Source: Paraspadella gotoi (Eukaryota; Animalia; Chaetognatha). From it: a stretch of 64,000 nt of DNA. The stretch covers positions 17,114,502-17,178,501 of the forward strand of contig CM119268.1 in assembly GCA_051294375.1 (NCBI GenBank), read 5' to 3'. Below, one piece after another: positions 53,149 to 64,000 of this stretch. Numbering within the stretch: position 1 is the stretch's first letter; every line of letters starts with the position of its first letter. The position numbers were made by a program, and so were the translations under genes. The notes below the pieces were generated by a model. That model searched no databases, had not been told where the DNA came from, and was given only the letters and a program-made list of their open reading frames with translations.

Positions 53149-54030
53149 TAACAAAAACAATCGGTAGCAATAATAAATAAAACTAATTGTAAACATTTTT
53201 AAAGCACGATTTTTTTTTAGTTGTGGTTCCGAACATAAGATCTTATGTCTTCTTACTGGCAAAATAAATAATCGGTTGCGAAAAGGGCATCTGATTTGGC
53301 CTCTTTTTAATTTTATTTTATCTTTTCAAAGAGCTATCTCGACAGTTCTGAGTCTAACCTTTTAGAGTTAGTGAGTGGCAAACCAATGACAACTACAAAG
53401 ATACGAAAAAAACGCCATTGGCTGATGGAAATTCATGTATTTCAAACTCAATAATAAATTGAAAGCGGCAGCAATTGGATCGAAACGTTTATCTACACGG
53501 AGAGAAAAGGTAAAACGATTTAGTTAGCGATTTAACTACTAAAGTCATTGCAACAAAAAAAAAATCGACGGTAAAATACTTGTAAATTAATGGCACCAAT
53601 GTTTTCTTTGTTCTTTTGTATATTCAAAAATTTAAATATTAGATTAATTTTTTTTTCCCGTTGGGCCGGGGCGACATTCGTAGCACAGAACGCGATTAGG
53701 ATATCGAACACAGAAAGGAAAAAAAAACGCGAAGCTGTATTGTAATGTATGTTGATTAGAGAGAGAAAAAGAGAAAAAATCAAAATCTTAAAATAATTTC
53801 AAAATGGTGCGCGATATCGATTTTGTCGGCTTAGAATGGAACAAATGTTTTTCAAATTTCAAAACACTTAGAATGAATTAAGCATTTAGATCGACCAATA
53901 AATCGGTCCTGGCTTATATGTAAATTTTGTTTCTAATAGTAATTCAAGTAGATCAAATATTTAAAAAAAATACGGGGGACTCGTTAAGCGAACTGGAAGA
54001 TCGGAAATTATAAACTATTTTTTGTTTTCT

Positions 54031-55731
54031 TTATTCTTTGTCTGATTCGTTTTCCATTCGAATTTCGATTTTTTCCACAGTCAAATCCGGATTCATTTCT
54101 GTCGCTTTCCTTATCGCATCCGCGAGAGCCTAAATGGGGATGAGCATCGTTTCTAAACAACTCATTGTTTTTATATCAAATTGGTAGCGTTCGATAGACA
54201 ATTGCAAACATTATCTACATGCATAATTTCATCATAATCCGACAATCCGTTCAAAATAAGTATCGCCAAAAAGCAATCGCAAAAATCGCTCTTCAAATCG
54301 ATCAACTTTCGCTTAATATCGAGCTCGTTTTGATCCAACAAAGATTAGTACTATGCGTAGTACTAAGCTTTAGAACCGGCGCACAGTGAGATCCTGAGCC
54401 TGAATTTTTCAAGAAAACCCCGTTCAGTTAAAAATAATTTTTTATTATTATTAATTATAAGAATAATTTTTTAAGAATTTAATATTAATATATTAAATAT
54501 AAAAATAATTATATTATATTTATAATAAATAAAATAAAATAATAATTATTATTATAATAAAATATATATTATTATCAGATTATATAATAATAATAAAATA
54601 ATAATAATAATAATAAAATAATGATTATAATTAAAAAAATAAATTAAAAAATAAAATATTTATATTTTATTTATTATTATTATTTTATTTTTATTAATTA
54701 TTATTGTTATTATATTAAAATAAAAAATTAAAATTTTTTTTGATTTTTTTATTTAATATGATTATTATATTTTATTAAAATTAAAATTTTATTTTAATTT
54801 TATATTTTTTAATATACCATAATAAAAAAAAATTGTTGCAGTTTAGAAAAATAAGTTAATTTTATTATAAATATAATTTTTATATATATATATTCTTAAT
54901 ATATATACTACCTTTCTCGGATTGAATAAAAAAATTATTCTTAACATTATAATTATATTATATAAATATTTTTATATATTATATAATAATATAAAAAAAT
55001 TTAAAAAAATATTTTTCTAGCATTTAGGGCTCACAAGCAACACTGTGCGACGATTTTTTTTTAATAAGTTTTTATTGAACTTTTTTTAAATTTTGCATTA
55101 TATTGAGAAAAACGCTTTTGAATTAAGCCCGCGCTCTACCTGATTTGAATAGTAAAATCAATACAGTTTCTGTCAATTGTGTTCAAAATTGAAAAAAATG
55201 AAGGCTTGACTATGCAGTTTTCACTTAAAAAACCAGTTCATTTGATTGCTTTATCAAGCAATTAAGATTGCAAGAATTTTAATTTGGCTTTTTTTAATCA
55301 TGTAGAGAAGACAATAAGGTTTCGGAAACTGTACTGATATGTATGATTTAGTCTTTTTTACCCAAGAGCCAGGAGGTTTTCATGGAATAGGGACAAAACG
55401 GTCTGACCAATCCATTTAAATACCATTTTTGGGCATGATAAAATGGGAATTTCGATCGCGCTCTACCTCCATTGGCTTCCCAAGACGCCAAGCTTTCGAA
55501 TCTGCCCATATTGACATAATTTGTTTTAGCCTTGACTATGCAGTTTTGAATAGAAGTAAAATATAAAAGAATCTTGATCGGAGCTTCGATTCGAACGATG
55601 CGCATCTCTAGCCTAAAGTCAAATTCACATCAATTCTTTCTTTATTTCACTCAGTTTATGACTTGACAATGAACAATTCTTGTCTTTGGATGAAAACAAA
55701 AAAGGATAATAATAATAATAATAAGAAGAAT

Positions 55732-55823
<92 letters not shown>

Positions 55824-58800
55824 TAAATTTAAAAACGCTACAACATCATCATTACTTAAAAGTTTAAAGTAATTTTATATTAAATTTCAAATGATAATTT
55901 AATTTTGTTTTATTGGTGAAAGAAAAAATCTCACTTCGTCGTGATCCAATTCATCGTCATGGGAAATAATTATTTTCTTTTCGATTTTCGTCGCCGTGAC
56001 GCCGTCCACCTGAGACTTGAAAATAATTGTATAATTAAAATTCATGATCATGTGATGATATTTTATTTTGGACTTCTTTAAAGGTTCCTGTCTACCTTGA
56101 CAGTTTCTAGCGTTTGTGTTGTCGTTACGCACTGAGTCTTAACGAATTCCTTCTGGTGAAAAGACTCGACAGTCTTTTGTTTTATTATGATGACATAAGC
56201 GATAAATGATAGCATCGAAGACAAAATGATGGCATTAATAAGAAAGAAGACAACAACTTTTGATTAAATCGTTTACGGATGAAAACGGTATTTTATAGTT
56301 TATAGTTTTTTTTTCCGTTCATTCAAAAAATTTAAGAATATGTAAAGATTATGTAGATAAGGCCCTTATTTATTAAGGGTTTAATAAAATAAAAGACAAC
56401 GAAATTCTTTTAAAAGAATAATCTGAAATCACCTCTTCTTTCACGACGACTTCCTTTGGAACCGTGACGAGAATCTCGTTGATGGCCGATGTCGTCGTCG
56501 TTGTCGTCGTCGTCGTCATCGTCGTCATCTCCGTCTCAGCGTCGCTGGAAGAAATCCTCGTCTCGGAACCGGAAGCCAGAGATTCCTCTTCGGTGCCGTT
56601 GAGGTTCTCTTCCGGCTGCGGCGGCTGCGACTGCGGTCGCGTCGCTATGGTGACTTCGACGCGGTCGTCGTATAGCCGTTCAGCGACGCCGCCGAGCACC
56701 GGCGACTCCTCGGCCGACGCTTTAGTCGGCGAACCGCGCGAAGCCGGTTCGACGGCGCGCTTCGTCGGAGACGCCGACTCGACGGCGCGCTTCGTCGGAG
56801 ACGCCGACTCGACGGCGCGCTTCGTCGGAGACGCCGACTCGACGGCGCGCTTCGTCGGAGACGCCCGTTTGTTAGCCGGCGATTTCGTTGGCGAGGATCG
56901 ATTTTCGACTCCGCGATCGCCACCGGAAATGACAGCCTCGGCGCCTGAATTTCCACGACTCCGCGCCCCCTTTTCCGGCGAATTTCGATTTCGGCCGATG
57001 GATTCCGGTTCGGGCGCCGAGTCATTGAGGTCGGGCTCCGATTCGTCTTGAAGATTCTGTGCCACACGGAAAAACAAAAGGGAATCGTGAATGTCAAATA
57101 ATGACTTTTTAGATAAAAGACATTTCAGCGTCTATTTTAATAAGAACTTGTGAGAGTGGGTGATTTTCTGCAGTTTCTAGTTATGCATGAAATCTACGTA
57201 AAGCCGAATAGATTTATTAAAATCTGTTTAATAAAATTCTTCATAGAAAATGAAAGTTTGAACTACGAAAATTTTTCAAGAAAGAGGACGAACTAAAACT
57301 ACGAATTTTGAGGGTGCTAATGAAAGGAAAAAAAGCATGCGATGTGTACATTTTATTTTTAAGCTAATTCATTTGTTTGGAGAAATGATTTTTTTAGTTG
57401 GGTGATTTTTTTAAAAATCAGATAGAATATTATTTTCAATTTCTATAAAAAACATTTGTTTAAATTTAATAATAATATATCCGTAATTTGTTATCGCAAA
57501 GCTACCCGCCATGAACTTTCCATTTATCAAGCACTACTCGGTCAGCCAGGCGATCATTATGCTTTGTTTACAGGTTAAATTAATTTGGTAGGAGAATGTG
57601 GACCCTAGTGAAATTAAATTATCGTTAAAATTAAAGATTTTACAGTAACCTTGTCTGAAGAAAAAATTCGTGAACCGTGCAAAATTCCTGTGACACCGAG
57701 ACATGGTCCAAGAAGGTTTTTTTTGATTGATACATAGTGATTTTGCATTTGGTGCTTTAAAATATTTTTTCTTTGAACTTGTTGTGTATTGTTTTGTTTT
57801 TGTAATATTTTAGATATTTTAATGGTGTCCGGAGGCACCAGGTTAAAACAAAAAATGTTTTTAGTCACGCATTCAACTTTTGTCATATGTATTTTTTCTG
57901 ATATTAGGGGTAAAACGCGCTCTATTTCCTCATCAAGTAATATGTTTTCCTTTGCAAACTTTAATATATTTAGTTCATAATTTGGATGGAAGTCAAGTGA
58001 TTTTACTGACTTGCGAAAAGTCACTGATCTATTTCTTTTATTATCTCTGATGTCAGGATGTTTTTTTAGAAGGGAACCCGAAATATCTGAAGTGGAATTT
58101 GAAATTGAAGTAAATCCACTTTTGTTTCTTAAGTTGGATTTTCTTTCAAATGATTTTCGTTCAAATGATTCCTGCATGTATGTATAAAGCAAACAAAGGG
58201 GCAGTAAAAGAAATAATAAAACATTTAATAAGACTTTTGATCTTTGGACCTTCTAAAAAAGACCAAAATGCTTCTACATACTATATATTGGTTAATCAGT
58301 AATGGACTTGTTAAAAATTAAGTTCACATCATCGCAAATATATGTTTGAAAAGTGGTGAAAAATAAACCTTTTGAAAAACATTATTTCGTTCCGGCGTTC
58401 TTGAATGAGCCTTTGCAAATGGTCTCGCGTTTTGAATCTGATCTAATATTGTTTTTTCTTCAACGCCCTTAACGTTCGTCACAAGTAAGTCAGCGCCTAC
58501 ACCTGGGTATGAACTGGACATTTGCTTTACATTGACGTCTTCATAAACATCAGCGTTTGATTGGTAAGGAGTCGGTCCTCTCATGTTTATCATTTCATAA
58601 ATACTCTTTGGCCGCGTTGGTCGATTACTGTTTTCCTTAAAAACAGACTGGTAAGTGGAAGGAGCTGACGATCCTAATTTTCGAAATTCGTATTGGCTAT
58701 AATCAAGAGAATGCCTGTCCCCAGCTTCACGGCATACATGTGATACTTTTGGAGGCTGTAATACAAGAGGTTTCACCGTTAAGTCATGATCATATATTTT

Positions 58801-61800
58801 ATTTTCTTTTCTTTGACGTTCTACGTTAAAACACTGATTTTCATTAACGATTGGGGAAGTTGGATTGGAATTAATCCCGTGTTTGCTCTCTTTTTGTAAG
58901 ACTTCTTCGGGGGAATCCGTCAAATGCAAACCAGGTTTTGCTAATGAGCGTGTCAGCTTATTTTTAAAATCCAAATTCTCTTCCGGAAACAAATCAGTTC
59001 CATGAATGCACCTGGATTCAGGTTTGGTGCTGCTTTGTTTAGTTACCAAGCTTGTGCTCAAAATACTTTCTGGCAAGAGTCTTGGGGATGCTTTTATCTG
59101 GGTCTCTAAAGGAAAATTTATCCTATCACCATGGGTTTTCGGTGGTGATGGACTTTTATCATTGTTTGCTGATTTAAGGATTATAGTAGATCTATCTTTT
59201 TCTGAATCGCTTTTCAAAGCCGAATATTTTGTAGCGGTTTCAGAATATTCTTCATAGTTTGTCATATGTCTTTCAATAGAGTCTTTATTATGCTTCTTTA
59301 CTTTGTCATCTCTATGCAAGTGATTATTTCTAGTTAAATCTATCGGAGTATTGTTAGTTTCTGAAAAAGGTACAGAGGTTATATTACACACTTCTTTTTC
59401 AATGGACTTTGGCTCTGTTATTTCGCCTGCAATGGAGCCAGTCAGAACAGAATTCGTCTCCCTCGGTTTATTTTGAGTAGGAAAATTGTGTTGCTTATTT
59501 TGACTGGAACAAACAATTAAGGTTTTATCAAATTCAATATTTTTTTCAGTATTATTCCTTTGTAATAGTTCTGAATGATTTTGAAAATCCTGAGTAGTTT
59601 GTTCAGAAGAGTTTTGTATGGCATTTGCAAAGCTATCATATGAAATCGGACTTTCAATGACATAGGATGGAATAATGTCATCTGAATTTTTATATAGCTT
59701 CTTATTTACAAGAAGATTTCCATAAGCATCATACATTGATTCCGAACTATCACATTCAATAGGACTTAAACTTGGTATTTCTTCTATTTTCTCATTATTG
59801 TTTAATATATTCTCTTGGTATTGTAAATTCTCACTTGTGTCCATCAATGAATTTGATTCTAATTTAGTTTTTTTGCTCAGAGAGCTATCAAGATCTTTAG
59901 GAGTCTCTGTAACATTATTAGTGTCACTATTTTGTTCATGAATATTACTCAAATTAATAGCGGCATTATAAGGTTTGCCCAAATCGTCTACTCTGGATCT
60001 ATCATCAACCGGTTCATTAAAATTTCCATTTTCCTTTTTATCATATTTTTTTCCAAATATCAGATCAATCAATCTCTTAGTTTTTGAATTTTTATCGATT
60101 GGTGTAACATTTAAAGAATCATCGTTTAGAACTACCTTTTTTTTATCAGTCTCTATATCGTTGGGGGTCTTAGAACCAACTACAAATAGTGATTGATCAT
60201 CAGTTCCATGATTTGAAACATTTTTATTATAGCTTGGGTCTTCTATTTCACTCGCAATTTTTTCTGAAAAATCCTTGTGACTTTCACTCAGAGAAATGGA
60301 ACCTTGCCAACCCTGGCCGGAAGCCTCCTCCAAGATGGTTGACGTCTTGGCCTCTTCCGTCTTGTGCGAGCTTATTTTTCGGAACCTGGCGATGGGTTCG
60401 TAATCCTGCTCGGAAAAAGACTCATGACGACTCCGTTCAACATCGCAGGTTGATTCACAATAGGGCTGCACATTAGACGATTCTGAGTCTCCCGTCTCGT
60501 CCAGCAGATTTCCGAGAGCACGTTTGGCGGGTAAGTCGGGGAGTGGGTCGGCGTTTCTAAGCTTGTAAGATTCTTGGTTTGGGACAATATAATCCACGTT
60601 GGGATCTGGGAGGTCTTCAGAAGTGGAAGAGGTTGGAAGAAGAGGAGACCCTGGCCGACTTTGTGGCTTGTGTGCGGCAATATCCTCGACCTGTTGATCA
60701 GGCTGTGATGCAAAGAGAGACAGCCTTCTTGGACTGAGTGATGCAAAAATTGATGATTTTCTGATTTGGGAGACGGAATCTTCGGGCTTACTGTCTTTTA
60801 TTTGAGCTGATTTTGACACATTAGAGATTTTAGGCTGAAAAGGTTCAGCCAATAGTGGAGCTTGCTGGGACTTGCTATCACTTGACATTCTTCGTGACTC
60901 TTGAGGCGGTACATAAACGATTTCATAATTACTTGCTAGGGCCTAAAAAGCAAAACAAGAAATTCAATTTTGCTTTGAGTTATTAAGGCTTTTAGGAGAG
61001 ATTTATTTTTTAAAGCCATGCAAATCAGTCCCTATCCAGCATTTATTAAAAAATTGTTAAACAAGGTACGAGTAGTAAATATTTCAGGGTTCATAGAAAA
61101 ATTAATCCCTTAATACTTGAAACAAGAATGATTCAAAGGGGGCACCATGATAAGCTACATGCATACAGTAGATGGTTGCAATAGGATTTCACATTCTTAA
61201 TTTAAAAAAAAACAAAAAACTATTCTTCTTTTTTTTTTCTTTCTTTCTCATGTTTGTTCTTTTGCTCAGTCTTTCTTTCTTTCTCTAGATAAAGCTTCAT
61301 TTTTTCCCCGTTTTAGTAATTTAATTGTTACGACCAATATAAAATTTATAAAATTTGCTATGTGACTGTGTGACGTGTGTGCTAGTGCTTTTCCAATACT
61401 TTGTGATTCACTTTTAAGAAGAATTGTAATTTATCTTACCGTTTTAATGACAATTTTTTCACTTTTTAATCTACTTTTTTCATTCGTTTTATGAATTTCT
61501 TCGCCATTTGTATTAATTCCATTATAAAAACCATTTTTTTCTTGAACAATATTAGGCGAAGTCGAAAAAGGATCGCTTTGACGCTTATATGCAGTCTCTG
61601 TAAACCTGTCCCAAAAGAATTCTTCGGAAAACTCGTGTTCTCCCTTCAACGTCTTCGTAGCGTCGATCTCGCGAACCGAAAAATCAAACTTATTCGTGGC
61701 TTTTTCATTTTCAAGTCCCTCGAGTTCTTGTCGAAACTCTTCGAACTCGATGTGACCACTCTCGAACCGCTCTTTCAAAGTGCTCAAATCGGCCGTTTCG

Positions 61801-63381
61801 GGAAGGTAATTGGTATTTTTAACCGGCGTTAAACCGTGCTTGTTGACCAAGCTCCAAAACGTTGTCAGTGGTATACCGGTTCTGGGCATGCTCTTGGCTC
61901 GCCGCAGCGGTTTCTCCGCATCGTGCTCGCCGCAGATGGACTCAAACTGCTCGTCGATTTCTCTGTCGGTCTCCGAAGCAAAGGAGGCCATAGAATCGTG
62001 GGGTTGCACACAGGCTTGTGGGGTTGCCTTGGTCGAATCTATGGACTGAAGACTAACGGCCAAGAGTTTCAACGAGGGTCTCTTATGCAGCTTGCTCCCG
62101 GAATCAAGAGAGTTCAAACTGGCGTTTGTAGATGGCAAGGAGTCCAAACTGGCGTTCACCGATCTCGCTCGTCTTTTTTTTCGTCGCCTCGCCGCGTTTT
62201 TTTCGTTGATTAAACTCGTTTCCCGCTAAAAATGTTCAGCGTTTAAAAGTAGGGAAAGAAAACATGTTTCCATTTAAAACTTGAGACATAAATATTTATA
62301 CATAATTATCATTTTGATCAAATTTCTTCTCCTTGAATGCAACCATCTGAGTTTTAAAAAAGCTGGGGATTAATGAGAAATTAGTAATTTTAAAATTTTT
62401 TAAGGTAAGTCTTTTTTAAGTAACTAAATGAATAATAAGATTTGCTGAAAAGGTAGAGGTAAAAAAATAATCTCAAAAATATCTTATCATTTGTGTTAAG
62501 GTGACCAACGTCTTTCTTTGGCACATATCAAAATTCCACGATGAAGATATGGATCCTGCTAAATAGAAGTCAACCTGTTCAGCGTCAATCTAAACTAAAT
62601 TTGGAAACGCACAGACTCACAAAGCCAACCAAAAAAAAAAACCCGGTTAAACATACGCATAAGCCGGAAATATTAATTAAAACTAAAAAAATTAAAAGAG
62701 GGAAGATATAAAACCCGCAAAAACCTTAGTGGATTCAACATCTTCCGCCATGACTTTGATGAGTTTCCCCATTTTGTTATTATTTTTTCGCCTGACCCCG
62801 TCGGGGATTGAGGTGGGAGATGAGGGAGGCGTTTGGGGATCGGGGCGTTCTGCCCCGTTAGAGTCACCGGCGTCGGCCGTCGGGGTCGTCGCGGACTCAG
62901 CGTCGGGACTCGAGATCATTTTGGACCCTGAGCCCGAAAAAAAAAAGAAAATGTGCAGAGGAAGAGAAATGATTTACACGAGGGACGAAAGATTGAGAAA
63001 AGGATTTTTTTTTTAAAGTGTCAGACATCGCGGAACGAAAAAAAAGATGAAAATAAAAAAAATAAAGATTTCAAATTGGGTCAAAACGAATGAAAAAAAA
63101 AGGAAATGAAAGAGTAACTTGAGATGAGAAAATGAAAACGGACGGACAGATCGGACAGAGAGACATATAAACAAAAATATTTAAAAAAAGACATGATGCA
63201 GAAAAGACATTGTACCTAGTTTGGGCGTCTGAGGTGTGGCATCTCCTATGCTGTCACCCTCGTCCTCGTCCAGCGCAAAAGGCGCGGACTCGGCCCGGGG
63301 CAGCACCGACAAAGGAACAGAGGGTCTGGGAGAGTCAGACGACTCTCCGGGGAAAGGGGAATACCCATACATGGATGCTGT
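54031..63381 (-). CDS. cora: Protein 4.1 / coracle (EPB41 family), 3' portion; FERM domain expected beyond the window end
   Basis: Exons 63381-63216, 62927-62725, (62589-62506, tentative), 62225-61440, 60942-58369, 58171-57650, 57056-56433, 56009-55935, 54129-54031 (stop), phase-consistent. The last two encode VDGVTATKIEKKIIISHDDELDHDE|ALADAIRKATEMNPDLTVEKIEIRMENESDKE*, the 4.1 C-terminal domain (compare, from memory, Drosophila coracle DHDKALAEAIQEATAMNPDMTVEKIEI). Confidence 0.82.
54382..55047. mobile_element. Non-autonomous Transib/RAG-like DNA transposon (666 bp) with RSS-heptamer ends, in the last coracle intron
   Basis: Ends CACAGTG (54382-54388) and CACTGTG (55041-55047). Imperfect ~35-bp TIRs share TGAGCC and AGAAAA. 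Flanks are CGGCG and CGACG (5-bp CGNCG). Interior almost purely A/T. Confidence 0.72.
55707..55819. repeat. (AAT)n trinucleotide microsatellite
   Basis: Seen directly. Confidence 0.95.
56740..56865 (-). repeat. Coding 30-bp tandem repeat (ASPTKRAVES)x~4 in a coracle exon
   Basis: Unit ttcgtcggagacgccgactcgacggcgcgc repeated at 56761, 56791 and 56821, with partial flanking copies. Confidence 0.9.
58369..60942 (-). CDS. Giant (2574-bp) phase-0 exon of the protein 4.1/coracle gene, low-complexity and probably disordered
   Basis: Contains ORF 58324-60888. Acceptor ttgcttttag|GCC at 60942 and donor AAG|gtttat at 58369. Confidence 0.75.
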
Positions 63382-64000
63382 CTACTCATGCGGCGGTCGG
63401 GGACGGGGAAGTGACGGGGAAAGGGAAAGAAAGAGTGAAAAAGTAAGAACGGAATAATTTTTTGACTGATGAGCCGTTGCATGTGGTTTCGATTTACAAA
63501 TGCTAGGTAGTCCAAATACAATTTTTTTTATTACTGCGCAGGTATTTTTTTTGTTTTAAATTTACGTCCAGGGATTTGAAAATATATGAGATGCAGAAAT
63601 GTTTTGTATTTACGATAATAAAAATAAGTTTTATAAAAGAGAATCTTATCATCTACAATAGACGTGGTGTAGATTCTAAAGAAAGAGGGAGTCTAGTAAA
63701 AGCATTTTAATGCACGGAAAGTTGAAGAATACACACAGAGTTGGAGAGAGACTTCTAATTCGCAGAGATGCTAAGAGGCGAGTGCTTTTTATATCAATAC
63801 GTCCTTTTAAACTAATCATTGACGAGATTTTAAAGTTTTTAGTGAAGACCACTGAGAATTTTAAACATGACTAAACTTTATACTTTTGACAATTATAAGT
63901 AAAAATTCTAGGGTTATTGTTGAAAAATCCCATCATTGAAAAGCATGAAAGAACAATTCACTCATCGCCCGAGGAAATTCCTTGCCATTTTCGCGGATGG

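Noticed and set aside
63465-63500. CTGATGAG, a hammerhead-ribozyme-like core
   Set aside because: No stem II followed by GAAA and no closing stems.

Overview
Eukaryotic (invertebrate animal, probably protostome) genomic DNA: AT-rich, dense in microsatellites, with GT-AG spliceosomal introns. I reconstructed four intron-containing genes by hand, checking splice phase at each junction. (1) The 5' part of a NOL4/NOL4L-like gene on the minus strand (24613-26950); its remaining exons were not found. (2) A complete USP2/USP21-like deubiquitinase (minus, 36082-41228, 6 exons). (3) A complete vitamin K-dependent gamma-glutamyl carboxylase, GGCX (plus, 45711-53148, 17 exons). (4) The 3' part of a protein 4.1/coracle gene (minus, 54031 to beyond 63381) with giant phase-0 exons. 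Two non-autonomous DNA transposons sit in introns. One is a 1215-bp hAT-type element (21-bp TIRs, 8-bp TSD). The other, the most notable signal here, is a 666-bp Transib/RAG-like element: both ends are the exact V(D)J RSS heptamer CACAGTG followed 22-23 bp later by a nonamer-like A-tract, and the flanks are CGNCG 5-mers. The first ~21 kb is gap-ridden and holds two multi-kb inverted duplications with indel-type noise and 25-N gaps, most likely long-read gap-filling artefacts. Most short ORFs in the supplied track are microsatellite translations.
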